From Dehalococcoidia bacterium (lineage in GTDB: Bacteria; Chloroflexota; Dehalococcoidia; Lucifugimonadales; UBA3495), in NCBI GenBank assembly GCA_965232845.1, contig OZ247428.1, positions 1,703,483-1,767,482 of the forward strand: a DNA stretch of 64,000 nucleotides, given 5' to 3'. Made by a program: the position numbers and the translations under genes. The notes beneath the pieces were generated by a model. That model was not told where the DNA came from. It saw only the letters and a list, made by a program, of their open reading frames with translations, and ran no database searches. Positions 10,283 through 19,797 of the stretch are shown here, in pieces. Numbering within the stretch: the first letter of the stretch is position 1; every line of letters starts with the position of its first letter.

Positions 10283-10873
10283 TCACTCCGGCTTTACGCG
10301 AACCGGTATGCCTGCCACGACCAGGTACACGAAGTCCGCGTAGGAGGCTGCCTGCTGGTTAACCGTCCCCAGCAGGTCCTGGAATTGACGGCCCAACCGG
10401 TTAGGCGAAACCGGACTGAGACCTACTTCGCTGCTGACTACGACAGCGCGTGCGCCGGTTTCTCTAATGGTCTCCAATAGCCTTTCCAGTTCCGACAAGG
10501 CGATAGCCTCTATCGCTGTAGTGTCTTTCCCTTCATGGGTCAAAAGCAGGTTGGCAACCCAAACATCCAGGGAGTCCAGCAAGATTAAGGTGCTTGAAGA
10601 GCCGGCCTCAAGCGCTTTGGACAATGCCACAGACGGTTTCAACGGTTCTTCAAGGGTTCGCCAACTGGGTGGACGGCGCTCTCTATGGAGGCGGATGCGC
10701 TCGGCCATCTCGCCATCGGTCACCTGGCCCGTGGCCAGGTACAGGACCGTGGTATCCACCGGGGCGTCCATTTGCGCGATCAATCTCTCCGCAAAGGCGC
10801 TCTTTCCCGAACGAACTCCACCCAGGACCAGAGTAAGTTGAGACACCACCGAACTAGATACCGGCCCGGTCAA
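10283..10873 (-). CDS. cobU: Adenosylcobinamide kinase / adenosylcobinamide-phosphate guanylyltransferase
   Basis: 196 aa with P-loop GGVRSGKS and CobU-like length. It overlaps cobQ by 20 nt. Confidence 0.85.
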   Translation of the reverse strand: MTGPVSSSVVSQLTLVLGGVRSGKSAFAERLIAQMDAPVDTTVLYLATGQVTDGEMAERIRLHRERRPPSWRTLEEPLKPSVALSKALEAGSSSTLILLDSLDVWVANLLLTHEGKDTTAIEAIALSELERLLETIRETGARAVVVSSEVGLSPVSPNRLGRQFQDLLGTVNQQAASYADFVYLVVAGIPVRVKPE

Positions 10874-12431
10874 AGTCTCGGTCCAGGCCGGTCACGGCGT
10901 AGATGAGGTCCATATCCAGGCTGCCCCTCACCCAGTCGGCCAGCTTGTCAAACTCGCCGTCCATCGCCCCCAGCTGCGCCGCGTCAGGAAGGCTAATTCC
11001 CTTGCGACGGGCAAGTTCCCCCAGCATGGCCCGGCGGATAACGCCGTTGTGAAAAAGGCCATGAATGTAGGTGCCAAGAACTCGACCTTCGGCATCCATT
11101 GCACCATCACGGGAAGTCGCCGAAGTGACCGGGACATCGCTCCGGTCATCGATTCGGAATGGCGGTATCAGCTCCTCTCCGAAGGTCCTTCCCATGTGGA
11201 TTTCGTATCCGGTAAGCGGCGCACCGGTGGCACCCTTCAGCAATCCGGTGCCCTCAGACACTTCGCCGCGGATCCGGTGAGTTTCTTTCGAACCGGCGAA
11301 GACCGTAGTCAGAGGGAGCAGGCCCAGACCTTCCATTTCAGGAAGAGTTGACTCTATGCCTTCCGGGTCGTAAAGGTGAGTCCCCAGCATTTGGTATCCG
11401 CCGCAAATACCAATGATTGATGCCCCCTCCTGATGCCTGCGGTGTATCTCACCGGATAACCCCTGAGCTTCCAGCCAGGCCAGGTCTGGAATTGTGGTCT
11501 TGCAGCCGGGAAGGATAACGAGGTCTGGGCGGCCAAATTCTGCGGCGCTGCTCACATACCGCAGTCTTACTCCAGGTTCGCGGGCCAGCGGGTCGAAATC
11601 GTCGAAATTTGATATGTGGGGCAATTGGACTACTGCGACGTCCAATGCGGGATCGTTGCCTGCGGCGTTTGAACGAACGGGAATATCCAGTGCCACCGAG
11701 TCTTCCTCTGGAATGTGAATGTCCCGGTAGTGGTGGACCACGCCGGCTACGGGCACCCCGGTTCGTTCTTCCAACATCGTTAGCCCATCGGTGAGGAGAC
11801 TGGCGTCACCGCGAAACTTGTTGATGATAAAAGCCTTGATTATTTCCCTTTCTTCCGGCTCCAGGAGCGCCAGGGTTCCTACCAGGGCAGCGAAAACTCC
11901 TCCCCGGTCGATATCGCCGCAAAGCAGCACCGGGGCGCCCGCGTATAAAGCGACCCGCATATTAACGATTTCGGTGGCCTTGAGGTTAATTTCCGCCGGG
12001 CTGCCGGCCCCCTCGATAACCACGATGTCGTACTCGGCGCGAAGTGCGTCCAGCGAAGTATGCACCGATTCCCAGAGTTGGGCTTTAAGGGCGAAGTAGT
12101 CCCGCACCCTGGCGGAAACCATCGGCCGACCCATGCGCACAACCTGGGCGATGTGGTCAGCCTCAGGCTTTAGCAGGACGGGATTCATCTCCACCCGCGC
12201 CTCAACTCCGGCAGCTTCGGCCTGCACTGCCTGGGCCCGTCCAATTTCCCCCCCGTCTCTGGTTACGTAAGAATTATTGGACATATTCTGAGCCTTGAAT
12301 GGCGCGACTCGGAACCCGTCCTGGCGGAAAATCCGACAAAGCGCCGACACCAGAACACTCTTTCCAACATGGGATGCAGTGCCCTGGATCATGAGGACTT
12401 TGCCCAGAGGGTTAGCAGGATGGCTGGTCAA
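10854..12431 (-). CDS. cobQ: Cobyric acid synthase
   Basis: 525 aa. An N-terminal CobQ/MinD-like ATPase (GTASHVGKS) is joined to a C-terminal GATase1 domain (ICGGYQMLG...YIHG). Confidence 0.9.
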   Translation of the reverse strand: MTSHPANPLGKVLMIQGTASHVGKSVLVSALCRIFRQDGFRVAPFKAQNMSNNSYVTRDGGEIGRAQAVQAEAAGVEARVEMNPVLLKPEADHIAQVVRMGRPMVSARVRDYFALKAQLWESVHTSLDALRAEYDIVVIEGAGSPAEINLKATEIVNMRVALYAGAPVLLCGDIDRGGVFAALVGTLALLEPEEREIIKAFIINKFRGDASLLTDGLTMLEERTGVPVAGVVHHYRDIHIPEEDSVALDIPVRSNAAGNDPALDVAVVQLPHISNFDDFDPLAREPGVRLRYVSSAAEFGRPDLVILPGCKTTIPDLAWLEAQGLSGEIHRRHQEGASIIGICGGYQMLGTHLYDPEGIESTLPEMEGLGLLPLTTVFAGSKETHRIRGEVSEGTGLLKGATGAPLTGYEIHMGRTFGEELIPPFRIDDRSDVPVTSATSRDGAMDAEGRVLGTYIHGLFHNGVIRRAMLGELARRKGISLPDAAQLGAMDGEFDKLADWVRGSLDMDLIYAVTGLDRDFDRAGI

Positions 12432-12502
12432 TGATTACTCCATTGCATTCGAGAGCATCAACTACTTCTTGTGTCGCAGGCGGGATTGATTTCGGGCCGC
12501 AA

Positions 12503-12724
12503 CTAGAGCCTGAGAAACTCTTCCATGGATAGACCGGCTTGCTTGATGATGGACCGGATGGTACTCGGAGAAAACCCTCGGCCCTGGGGTGGGATTACGA
12601 GACGCCGGTCATTCATGGGGTGTACCCAAATCTCGTAGCTGCCCCTGGCCTTTCGGCTGTAAACGAAGCCCGCCCTTTTCAGTTTCCGAAGCACTTCTGT
12701 GGGATCCAAGTCGGATAACATCAC
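12503..12724 (-). CDS. HicA-like (YcfA family) small protein, no adjacent HicB
   Basis: 73 aa. The LRKLKRAGFVYSRKARGSYEIWVHP...IKQAGL layout matches HicA toxins, but the usual GSH reads GSY. Confidence 0.55.
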   Translation of the reverse strand: MMLSDLDPTEVLRKLKRAGFVYSRKARGSYEIWVHPMNDRRLVIPPQGRGFSPSTIRSIIKQAGLSMEEFLRL

Positions 12725-12801
12725 AATCGGCCGCCGCCAAAACTAAACGTTATCTTGGAATAACTCTATTGGTTCCCTTTACGCCTGGTTAATTGGGACG
12801 C

Positions 12802-13416
12802 TTAAGCGATACCTCCCAAGTGGGAAGTATCGTTATATAGATGCATTACCGCATTGTCCTCGTAGGTACGGATCATTGACAAGGCACAGTTGTGCATCAC
12901 GAACTTCCAGTTGGCCTCCAACGGCAAATCCAGCATTGCCACAATGCCGCTGCGCAGGGAACCGCCATGCCCTACGATCAATATGCTGCCTTCCGGATGA
13001 CTGCTCTTTAAAGTTCTGATGAAGCCCGACAAACGAGCCTGGCACTGGCGTATCGTTTCGCCGCCGTGAGGGGCAAAGTCGGGATCGTTAACCAGGGAAG
13101 CCTCAAACAGGTGGGGGTACTTTCCCCGGAATTGTTCGGGCGTCAAGCCCTCAAATACGCCCTTATTATACTCCCGCAACTCGGGAACAGAGTTAAGGGG
13201 TGTTACCCGCTCACCCAAAATGGTCAGCGCGGTGTCCCTCGTCCGGCTCATATCACTGGAATAAGCAACATCAAAGTGGGTTCCCGATAGCCGGCGGGCT
13301 ACGGCCCTCGCTTGCTCCCGACCACGGTCGGACAGTTCAATGTCGGTGTGGCCCTGGATGCGGCCTTCGGCATTCCACTTCGTCTCGCCATGCCGCACGA
13401 TGTAGATGGTTGCCAT
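12802..13416 (-). CDS. cobC: Histidine-phosphatase family, alpha-ribazole phosphatase-like
   Basis: IVRHGETKWN catalytic motif plus a downstream GHGG. The operon context is corrinoid nucleotide-loop assembly. Confidence 0.7.
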   Translation of the reverse strand: MATIYIVRHGETKWNAEGRIQGHTDIELSDRGREQARAVARRLSGTHFDVAYSSDMSRTRDTALTILGERVTPLNSVPELREYNKGVFEGLTPEQFRGKYPHLFEASLVNDPDFAPHGGETIRQCQARLSGFIRTLKSSHPEGSILIVGHGGSLRSGIVAMLDLPLEANWKFVMHNCALSMIRTYEDNAVMHLYNDTSHLGGIA

Positions 13417-13532
13417 TGGTATCAGTCCTCTCGTAACTGCCGTACCTAAAATTACGGGTAATCGAAGTGAGTTGGTGTTGTCTTAGACAACAGCAACATC
13501 CCTGAACATTCTATCCTGCGACGTTGAAATTC

Positions 13533-14645
13533 CTATTCCGCAAGGCCCTTCGCCGCTGCCACCAACCTTCGACAGTCGGGCATGGCCCGGATGCCTATGC
13601 GTATGCAGTCGGGTAAACCAAAAGAAGTACAGTCGCGAACAAAGATTCCTTGCTGCATCAGCCGGTCACGCCACGAAGAGGCATCGCCAACCGATATCAG
13701 AAGGAAATTGGCCGCAGACGGAAGAACTTCCAACCCCAACCCCGTAAACTCTCTGGTCAAATAGGCTTTGGCCTCCTGTACTGCCTTTCGGGCAGCAGGC
13801 AGATAGTCGTTGTCAGCCATTGCCACCAGACCGGCTGCCTGGGCCAGACCATTGACGCTCCAGTCCGGTTGAAGGGCCGCCAGCGAGGCGGTAACCTCGG
13901 GACTTGCCAGGCAGTAACCTAACCTGAGGCTGGTCAGGGCGAAGTCTTTAGTCATCGACCGAAGCAGGACCACATTCTTTCCCGCTTCCCCATCCAACAA
14001 GAAACCGGCATCCCACCGCTTTTCCACGAAGTTCAGGTAAGCCTCGTCCAGCACCAGGATGCTGCTCGCTTTCGTTGCAGCCTGAGCCAGCCCATATACT
14101 TCTTCTTCCTGAAGGTATAAGCCCGTGGGGTTGTTGGGATTGCAGGCAAATACCAGCGCCGGTCGCCTTGAGAGTATGACCGCCTCGGCTTCAGGCAGAT
14201 TCCAGGCAAAGCCGGACTCTCGCTGGGCTACGATTTCCAGTATTTCAGCCCCACCCAGTTTGCAGGCCCCGGCATATTCGCCGTAGGTGGGGGTTAGCAG
14301 CAGGCAGGAGTCTGACTGTCCCTGCCCAGGCGGGGGAATAAATGCCCTGGCTAGCAAATGGATCAACTCGGTGGAGCCATTACCCACCAGGATCTGGTCA
14401 GTATCTATTTGGTGATAGTTGGCCAGTGCCTCCCGAAGCTCCAAGCATTCCGGATCCGGATAGGCAGTCAGATCGACTTGCTGCAGGGCTTCCCACAATC
14501 CGGCAGGAGGCCCAAGGGGGCTGACGCTGGCGCTAAAGTCCACCACATCCCCGAGGTCCAGGCCCAGGGCCCGCAGTTGTGCCGGGCGAATACCGCCATG
14601 GACCGGCCTGGCAGACAATTGCATTTGCGTGGAGCTTTGACTCAT
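13533..14645 (-). CDS. cobD: L-threonine-O-3-phosphate decarboxylase (class I/II aminotransferase fold)
   Basis: 370 aa with the PLP-lysine block SMTKDFALTSLRLGY and NPNNPTG. Its start abuts the cbiB stop. Confidence 0.75.
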   Translation of the reverse strand: MSQSSTQMQLSARPVHGGIRPAQLRALGLDLGDVVDFSASVSPLGPPAGLWEALQQVDLTAYPDPECLELREALANYHQIDTDQILVGNGSTELIHLLARAFIPPPGQGQSDSCLLLTPTYGEYAGACKLGGAEILEIVAQRESGFAWNLPEAEAVILSRRPALVFACNPNNPTGLYLQEEEVYGLAQAATKASSILVLDEAYLNFVEKRWDAGFLLDGEAGKNVVLLRSMTKDFALTSLRLGYCLASPEVTASLAALQPDWSVNGLAQAAGLVAMADNDYLPAARKAVQEAKAYLTREFTGLGLEVLPSAANFLLISVGDASSWRDRLMQQGIFVRDCTSFGLPDCIRIGIRAMPDCRRLVAAAKGLAE

Positions 14646-15611
14646 TTAACGAAGAATACCGAAGGTCAATAGAATTATGGCTGCGGCAATCAATAGTCCG
14701 AGGCCCGCCACCAGGTACATGGACTGAACGGCCCGGGAGATGTCAGCCGACTCCAGGGATCGTGAGGAGTCACCCAACCGGTAATGCCCTTCCTTTTCCA
14801 GTTCAACTCCCAGCGCACCGGCCATGCCGCTCATGGTCCAGCCTGCGTTCGGGCTGGCGGTACGGGAGTGGTGGCGCCACATGATGCGCCAGGCTCGTAC
14901 GGGGCTCTGATTCGGCAAGACGGCGCTGCCCATGATTACTAACAGGCCCGTCAACCGAGCCGGCACCAGGTTGATCAAATCGTCGATGCGGGCGGCCACC
15001 TTGCCCAGGTACTCGTACTCGCCGTGATAGCCTATCATACTATCCAGGGTGTTGACAGCACGGTATGCGAAAGCCCCGGGCAGTCCAAACAGGGCAAAAG
15101 CAAGCCAGGGGCCAATGAAGCTGTCGGTGGTATTCTCCGACACCGATTCCACAGTCGCCGCAATGGCCTGACCGGTCGTCATGGTTGACACATCGCGGCT
15201 GACCAACGACCGCATATTCTCGCGAAGGGCGGGCAAATCGTCAGCAATAACAAGCTTGCGAGTTTCGGCAGCCACCCGGTGAAGCATCCCGACAGCAAAG
15301 GTTGTCTTGAGCAGGACCGCGCCTCCGACCAGGTATGCCACCGGATGTATTTCCTCAAGTCCCCAAGCAGTAAACCAGGCGGCGGCGGCCCAGGCGGCGG
15401 GAATCACCAACGCGATCAATGTTCCAACTGCCAGCCCGCCGACCTTCGTCCGGGGCGCCTTCCGTTGCGCCCAATAAACCGTGCGGCCAATCCACACGGT
15501 GGGGTGAAGCGGGGTAGGCAACTCCCGCCCCACCAGATCCAGAGCGACCGCCAGGATGAGTACCCAGAGGTCCAATGGTACATCAGTCAAGAATGCGGGA
15601 AGTTGGGGCAT
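14646..15611 (-). CDS. cbiB: Adenosylcobinamide-phosphate synthase
   Basis: 321-aa membrane protein of the CbiB/CobD family (blocks SENTTDSFIGPW and MIGYHGEYEYLG). Confidence 0.85.
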   Translation of the reverse strand: MPQLPAFLTDVPLDLWVLILAVALDLVGRELPTPLHPTVWIGRTVYWAQRKAPRTKVGGLAVGTLIALVIPAAWAAAAWFTAWGLEEIHPVAYLVGGAVLLKTTFAVGMLHRVAAETRKLVIADDLPALRENMRSLVSRDVSTMTTGQAIAATVESVSENTTDSFIGPWLAFALFGLPGAFAYRAVNTLDSMIGYHGEYEYLGKVAARIDDLINLVPARLTGLLVIMGSAVLPNQSPVRAWRIMWRHHSRTASPNAGWTMSGMAGALGVELEKEGHYRLGDSSRSLESADISRAVQSMYLVAGLGLLIAAAIILLTFGILR

Positions 15612-15642
15612 GGTTCAAAGTTCTTGCAGCGATACCTGGGTA

Positions 15643-16434
15643 TCACAAATGCGGGAGAATCCACCACGTAACCGGTCCCAGCAGCCCGAATGGCAATACA
15701 GCTACCGAGGCCATCAGCGCAACCACCTCTGACACCTCGTTCGTCGCGCCGTAGGTATCCCCGGTCATTCCCCCAGCCATCCTGACTATCCCTTGACCCA
15801 ACAACAACGCCAACAGGCAAACTCCTGCCAGTATGAGCATCCCGCCTATGCCTCCCAACGCTAGGGCCGCAGCAACCGCTATTATTGCCGCCACGGCGGA
15901 GGGCAACCGGGCATCGCCGTCGTGAAAAGGAGACCCCAGGCCAGGGGCACGAACGTAGTGAAAAACCAGGAGTTGCAACACCATGGTGTATCTGGAAAAC
16001 ACGGGGAACAGCAGTAACGCCCATTCTTTTCCTGGCAGGTTCAGGGACAGCAGGGAAAGTATAGCTCCGTACTTGAGGAGCAAAATGCCGCCGGCGCCGG
16101 CAACGGCAAAGGCCCCCACGTGGGAGTCCCGCATGATTTCCCGCCGCCTCTCCGGCGTGTCCCCCCCAAACAGGCCGTCGCACGTGTCCATCAGGCCGTC
16201 AAGGTGGAAGCCACGAGTTATAACGATAGGAAGGACCGCGAGGACCGCGGCAGTAAGGTAGATAGGAAAGGCGAAACTGAGTACCCATTCCGTCGCGACC
16301 AGTACCAGCCCCAACAACAGGCCGACCAGCGGAAACCAGGCCCGAGAGTTGCTGATAATCTGCTGGGTCACGTCCGCCCTCCGGCGGGCGGGGAAAATGG
16401 TCAGGAAACTCAGGGCCGCCAATAAGGACGCCAA
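15643..16434 (-). CDS. cobS: Adenosylcobinamide-GDP ribazoletransferase (cobalamin synthase)
   Basis: 263-aa polytopic membrane protein. FLTIFP...GLMDTCDGLFGG is the CobS signature. Confidence 0.85.
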   Translation of the reverse strand: MASLLAALSFLTIFPARRRADVTQQIISNSRAWFPLVGLLLGLVLVATEWVLSFAFPIYLTAAVLAVLPIVITRGFHLDGLMDTCDGLFGGDTPERRREIMRDSHVGAFAVAGAGGILLLKYGAILSLLSLNLPGKEWALLLFPVFSRYTMVLQLLVFHYVRAPGLGSPFHDGDARLPSAVAAIIAVAAALALGGIGGMLILAGVCLLALLLGQGIVRMAGGMTGDTYGATNEVSEVVALMASVAVLPFGLLGPVTWWILPHL

Positions 16435-16537
16435 CTATTCCTACCTTAATCTCGCTGGATGGGCAGTAAAGGCCGAGAACTTAAGCTACATGAAGCCTGG
16501 TCTTGCCAACCTGGCAGGCACTCCCAGCCCAAACCCC

Positions 16538-17614
16538 CTACTCTTCATCCTCGCTGCGTTCCGAAACGCCGGCTTCAGCGAAGGTAGCCATTTCCGCCAG
16601 GCAGAGAGCAGACGCCTCGATCAAGTGCATGGCCAACGCTGCGCCGGTACCCTCGCCCAGTCTCATTCCCATGTCCAGCAACGGCGTCAGACCCATGGCA
16701 TCCAGACCTACCCGGTGGCCCGGCTCAACTGACTGGTGGGCGGCAATGAAGTAGTCCCTCGCCGCCGGAGAGATTAGCCATGCAATCAGGGCCGCGGCCC
16801 CGGATATGAACCCGTCCACTACTACCGGGCGATGGCTGGCCGCCGTTCCCAGCATGGCTCCGGCCAGAACCCCGATCTCCAGGCCGCCTACCTTGGTCAA
16901 CACATCCAAACCGTCGCGAGGGTCCGGTTTATTGACTTCTATGGCTCTCCGGATCACTTCTACCTTGTGAGCCAGGCCGGGGTCGTCAAGGCCGGTTCCC
17001 CTGCCGGTAGTAATTGAAGGGTCGGCGCCGGTAGCGACCGAAGTAATGGCGCTGGAGGCAGTGGTGTTTCCGATTCCCATATCGCCGCATGCAATGAGGT
17101 CGGCTCCCTCGCCGATTTGTTCCCTGGCGGCTTCGATTCCAATCTCCAGGCAACGGATAGCCTGTTCATTGGTCATGGCCGGACCCACCGCCATGTTTGC
17201 GGTGCCATAAGCCACCTTTACCGACCGGAGCAAAGGATGGGGTTCCAGGTCGGCGGCCACACCGGCATCGAGAATCACGATCTCTGCGCCGGCCTGCCGG
17301 GCCAGCACATTTATGCCAGCCCCGCCCCTAAGAAAGTTGAAGACCATTTGCGGTGTGACTTCCTGCGGATAGGCGCTGACCCCTTCGGCTACCACGCCAT
17401 GATCGCCGGCGGCCAGAATCACGGATTTACGGTTAATTCTGGGGATTGGGTCGCCGAACATGCCGGCCAGCATTATGGAAAGGTCTTCCAGCCGACCCAG
17501 GCTGCCCAGGGGCTTGGTCAGGGTGTCCTGACGGGCCCGGGCAGCAGCCATCGCCTCCTCGTCCAGGGGAGCGATGCTCTCTACAGTCATGTCTACCAGT
17601 GGGGATATGGTCAT
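16538..17614 (-). CDS. cobT: Nicotinate-nucleotide--dimethylbenzimidazole phosphoribosyltransferase
   Basis: 358 aa with ACGDMGIGNTT and the C-terminal LGEGTGAALA motifs of CobT. Confidence 0.9.
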   Translation of the reverse strand: MTISPLVDMTVESIAPLDEEAMAAARARQDTLTKPLGSLGRLEDLSIMLAGMFGDPIPRINRKSVILAAGDHGVVAEGVSAYPQEVTPQMVFNFLRGGAGINVLARQAGAEIVILDAGVAADLEPHPLLRSVKVAYGTANMAVGPAMTNEQAIRCLEIGIEAAREQIGEGADLIACGDMGIGNTTASSAITSVATGADPSITTGRGTGLDDPGLAHKVEVIRRAIEVNKPDPRDGLDVLTKVGGLEIGVLAGAMLGTAASHRPVVVDGFISGAAALIAWLISPAARDYFIAAHQSVEPGHRVGLDAMGLTPLLDMGMRLGEGTGAALAMHLIEASALCLAEMATFAEAGVSERSEDEE

Positions 17615-17677
17615 GGCCCTCCTTCTGAATGCTTGCCGATCGACGGGGAAACCACAAAAATATTTTCTCCAGGAGCC

Positions 17678-18283
17678 TTAAAACTCGATTCCGGGTTGGG
17701 CCTTAATGCCGCTCTGATACGGATGCTTGACCACGTTCATTTCGGTTACCAGGTCTGCATATTCGACCAGGGCCTCAGGAGCATGGCGGCCGGTGATGAT
17801 GACGTGCATCATTTCTGGCCGGTTCTTAAGTACTTCTATAACCTCTTCCGTGGGAATCCAGCCGTAGTGCATGGTATAGGTAAATTCGTCAAGGACAACC
17901 AGGTCATGCTCCTCGGAAGCAATGACCTCCTTGGCATCTTCCCACAAAGCTCGGGCCAGATCGGCGCTTTGGTCCAGGTCCCTCGAGCGCCACGTAAAAC
18001 CGTCACCCATTGCCCGCATGCTCACGCCTATCTTCTGGGCGGCTCTCTGTTCACCAAAGTTGGCGGTGGTGTGCTTGATGAACTGGAGCATGATCACTCG
18101 CATGTCCCGGCCCCAGGCTCGGAACAGTACGCCCATGGCGGCGGTGGTTTTGCCTTTGCCATTGCCGGTGTTGACGATCACCAGCCCCTTGTTAATACGC
18201 GGGCCCTTTACAGACTGGGGTCCCTCGCGGCTTTCTTGCTCGGTACTCATGCTGGAATTATCCTCCCGGTGGTCTTTCCACAA
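17678..18283 (-). CDS. cobO: Cob(I)yrinic acid a,c-diamide adenosyltransferase
   Basis: P-loop [14 protein letters not shown] and a DEFTY block typical of CobO/BtuR. The true start may be the internal ATG (MSTEQ...). Confidence 0.85.
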   Translation of the reverse strand: MWKDHREDNSSMSTEQESREGPQSVKGPRINKGLVIVNTGNGKGKTTAAMGVLFRAWGRDMRVIMLQFIKHTTANFGEQRAAQKIGVSMRAMGDGFTWRSRDLDQSADLARALWEDAKEVIASEEHDLVVLDEFTYTMHYGWIPTEEVIEVLKNRPEMMHVIITGRHAPEALVEYADLVTEMNVVKHPYQSGIKAQPGIEF

Positions 18284-18322
18284 ATAAGCGGTGCGGCCCG
18301 GGGAAATTCCCAGGGCGCGTGC

Positions 18323-19684
18323 CTATTCTAACACGCAGGAATCAACAAATCGCCGGGCCAGACCTGGCGCGCTTCCCAGGTGAATGTGTATGTACGAGGC
18401 CCAAATGCTGCCAATGCGAAACCCCTCCGGCCTGTTTTCCTGGTCCACCACGCGGTAAACGGCCTGCCCGGGGTCGGGCGTTTCTTCCAGCACGGACCAG
18501 TGAAACTCGTGGCCGCGAATTCTTTGCCCGCTTTCCAGCAGGGGAGTGTCGGCGCAGGCCTCAACCTCACGATAACCCAGAGTCAATCGGCTGTTGGACA
18601 TGGATGAGACCACTGGAATGGCCCCCACCATGGGGAAGTCGGCCCCGTCCAGGTCGGACAGGCTCTGCCCCAGGTACATCAGCCCACCGCACTCGGCATA
18701 GACGGGCAAGTCACGGCCCAACGCCTGCCGGACGGACTCCAGCATGGGCCGATTCTCGGCCAGCTCACGGGCGAACATCTCAGGGAAACCGCCGCCAATG
18801 TAAACGCCTCCCACCTGCGGGGGCAGCGACTCATCATCCAAAGGACTGAAGGGCACAAGCTCGGCTCCCCAGGCCTCAAGCAGATCCAGGGAGTCCTGGT
18901 AATAGAAACTGAAGGCCTTGTCCTGGGCTATGGCAATACGGGCACGCCTGGGCTGGGGTTCAGCCGGATATACCTGCGGAGCGCCCTCCGGCGGATTGGC
19001 GGTGGCGGCCAGCCTCAGGACGGCGTCCAGGTCAATTGTTTCTTCAACCTGGGCAATCAGGGCGTCGTACCATTCCCGTACCACGGTGCCTTCCACGGTG
19101 GGTATCAGTCCCAGGTGGCGTTCCGGTTGCACAAACTGCTCCCGCCGCGGCAGGTAGCCCAGCACCGGCAGTCCGGTGGTCGCCTCAATCTGCGGCTGGC
19201 AGAACTCCAGGTGGCGAGGCCCCCCAACTCCGTTCAATATGACACCAGCTATGCGGAGGTCCGGGTCGAACTGCTGGTACCCCAACACCTCGGCGGCAAC
19301 GCTGCGGGCCACCTTGGCGGCATCGGCGACCAGAATCACCGGCGCATCCAGCAGCTTGGCCAGTTGGGCAGTGGAACCTTCTTCGGTCAGGCTGGAGTGA
19401 CCGTCGTATACCCCCATTACTCCTTCCACCACGCAGACTTTGTCGGGTCCACCGGCGCGGCGAAAAAGCTCGGTAACAGTAGGATGGGGCAGAAGCCAGG
19501 TATCAAGGTTACGGGAGGGCACGCCGCAGGCCAGCTGATGGTAGGACGGATCAATGTAGTCCGGGCCGGCCTTGAAGGGCTGGACACTGTGGCCACGGCG
19601 AGTCAGCGCTCCCATGATGCCGGTGGCAATGGTGGTCTTTCCCACCCCGCTGCGAACACCGGCAATTACAATGGCACTGGTCAT
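18323..19684 (-). CDS. cbiA: Cobyrinate a,c-diamide synthase
   Basis: 453 aa. An N-terminal GVGKTTIATGIMGAL ATPase domain is joined to a C-terminal GATase (AECGGLMYLG...HEFHWS). Confidence 0.9.
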   Translation of the reverse strand: MTSAIVIAGVRSGVGKTTIATGIMGALTRRGHSVQPFKAGPDYIDPSYHQLACGVPSRNLDTWLLPHPTVTELFRRAGGPDKVCVVEGVMGVYDGHSSLTEEGSTAQLAKLLDAPVILVADAAKVARSVAAEVLGYQQFDPDLRIAGVILNGVGGPRHLEFCQPQIEATTGLPVLGYLPRREQFVQPERHLGLIPTVEGTVVREWYDALIAQVEETIDLDAVLRLAATANPPEGAPQVYPAEPQPRRARIAIAQDKAFSFYYQDSLDLLEAWGAELVPFSPLDDESLPPQVGGVYIGGGFPEMFARELAENRPMLESVRQALGRDLPVYAECGGLMYLGQSLSDLDGADFPMVGAIPVVSSMSNSRLTLGYREVEACADTPLLESGQRIRGHEFHWSVLEETPDPGQAVYRVVDQENRPEGFRIGSIWASYIHIHLGSAPGLARRFVDSCVLE

Positions 19685-19797
19685 CTATACTCCCGTATCG
19701 CATGTTTCCGGGCGCCACTTTCAAGTTTCGATACCTTCATATCCAATCTCTTCAAGAGGGCGCCTGAGATGCCACCGACCCCGGAAAAGGGAAGGCA

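Noticed and set aside
17117-18331. 404-aa plus-strand ORF, and similar long ORFs antisense to known genes. Examples: 26342..27667 opposite ccmF, 43883..44893 and 44734..45357 opposite addA, 19115..19945 opposite cbiA, 36759..37553 opposite thiG, 6373..7104 opposite the BNR gene, 38567..39283 opposite addB, 34680..35348.
   Set aside because: Each lies entirely opposite a gene with clear family motifs. Their Arg/Gly/Pro/His-rich, motif-free translations are typical of open antisense frames in GC-rich DNA. None has a convincing RBS.
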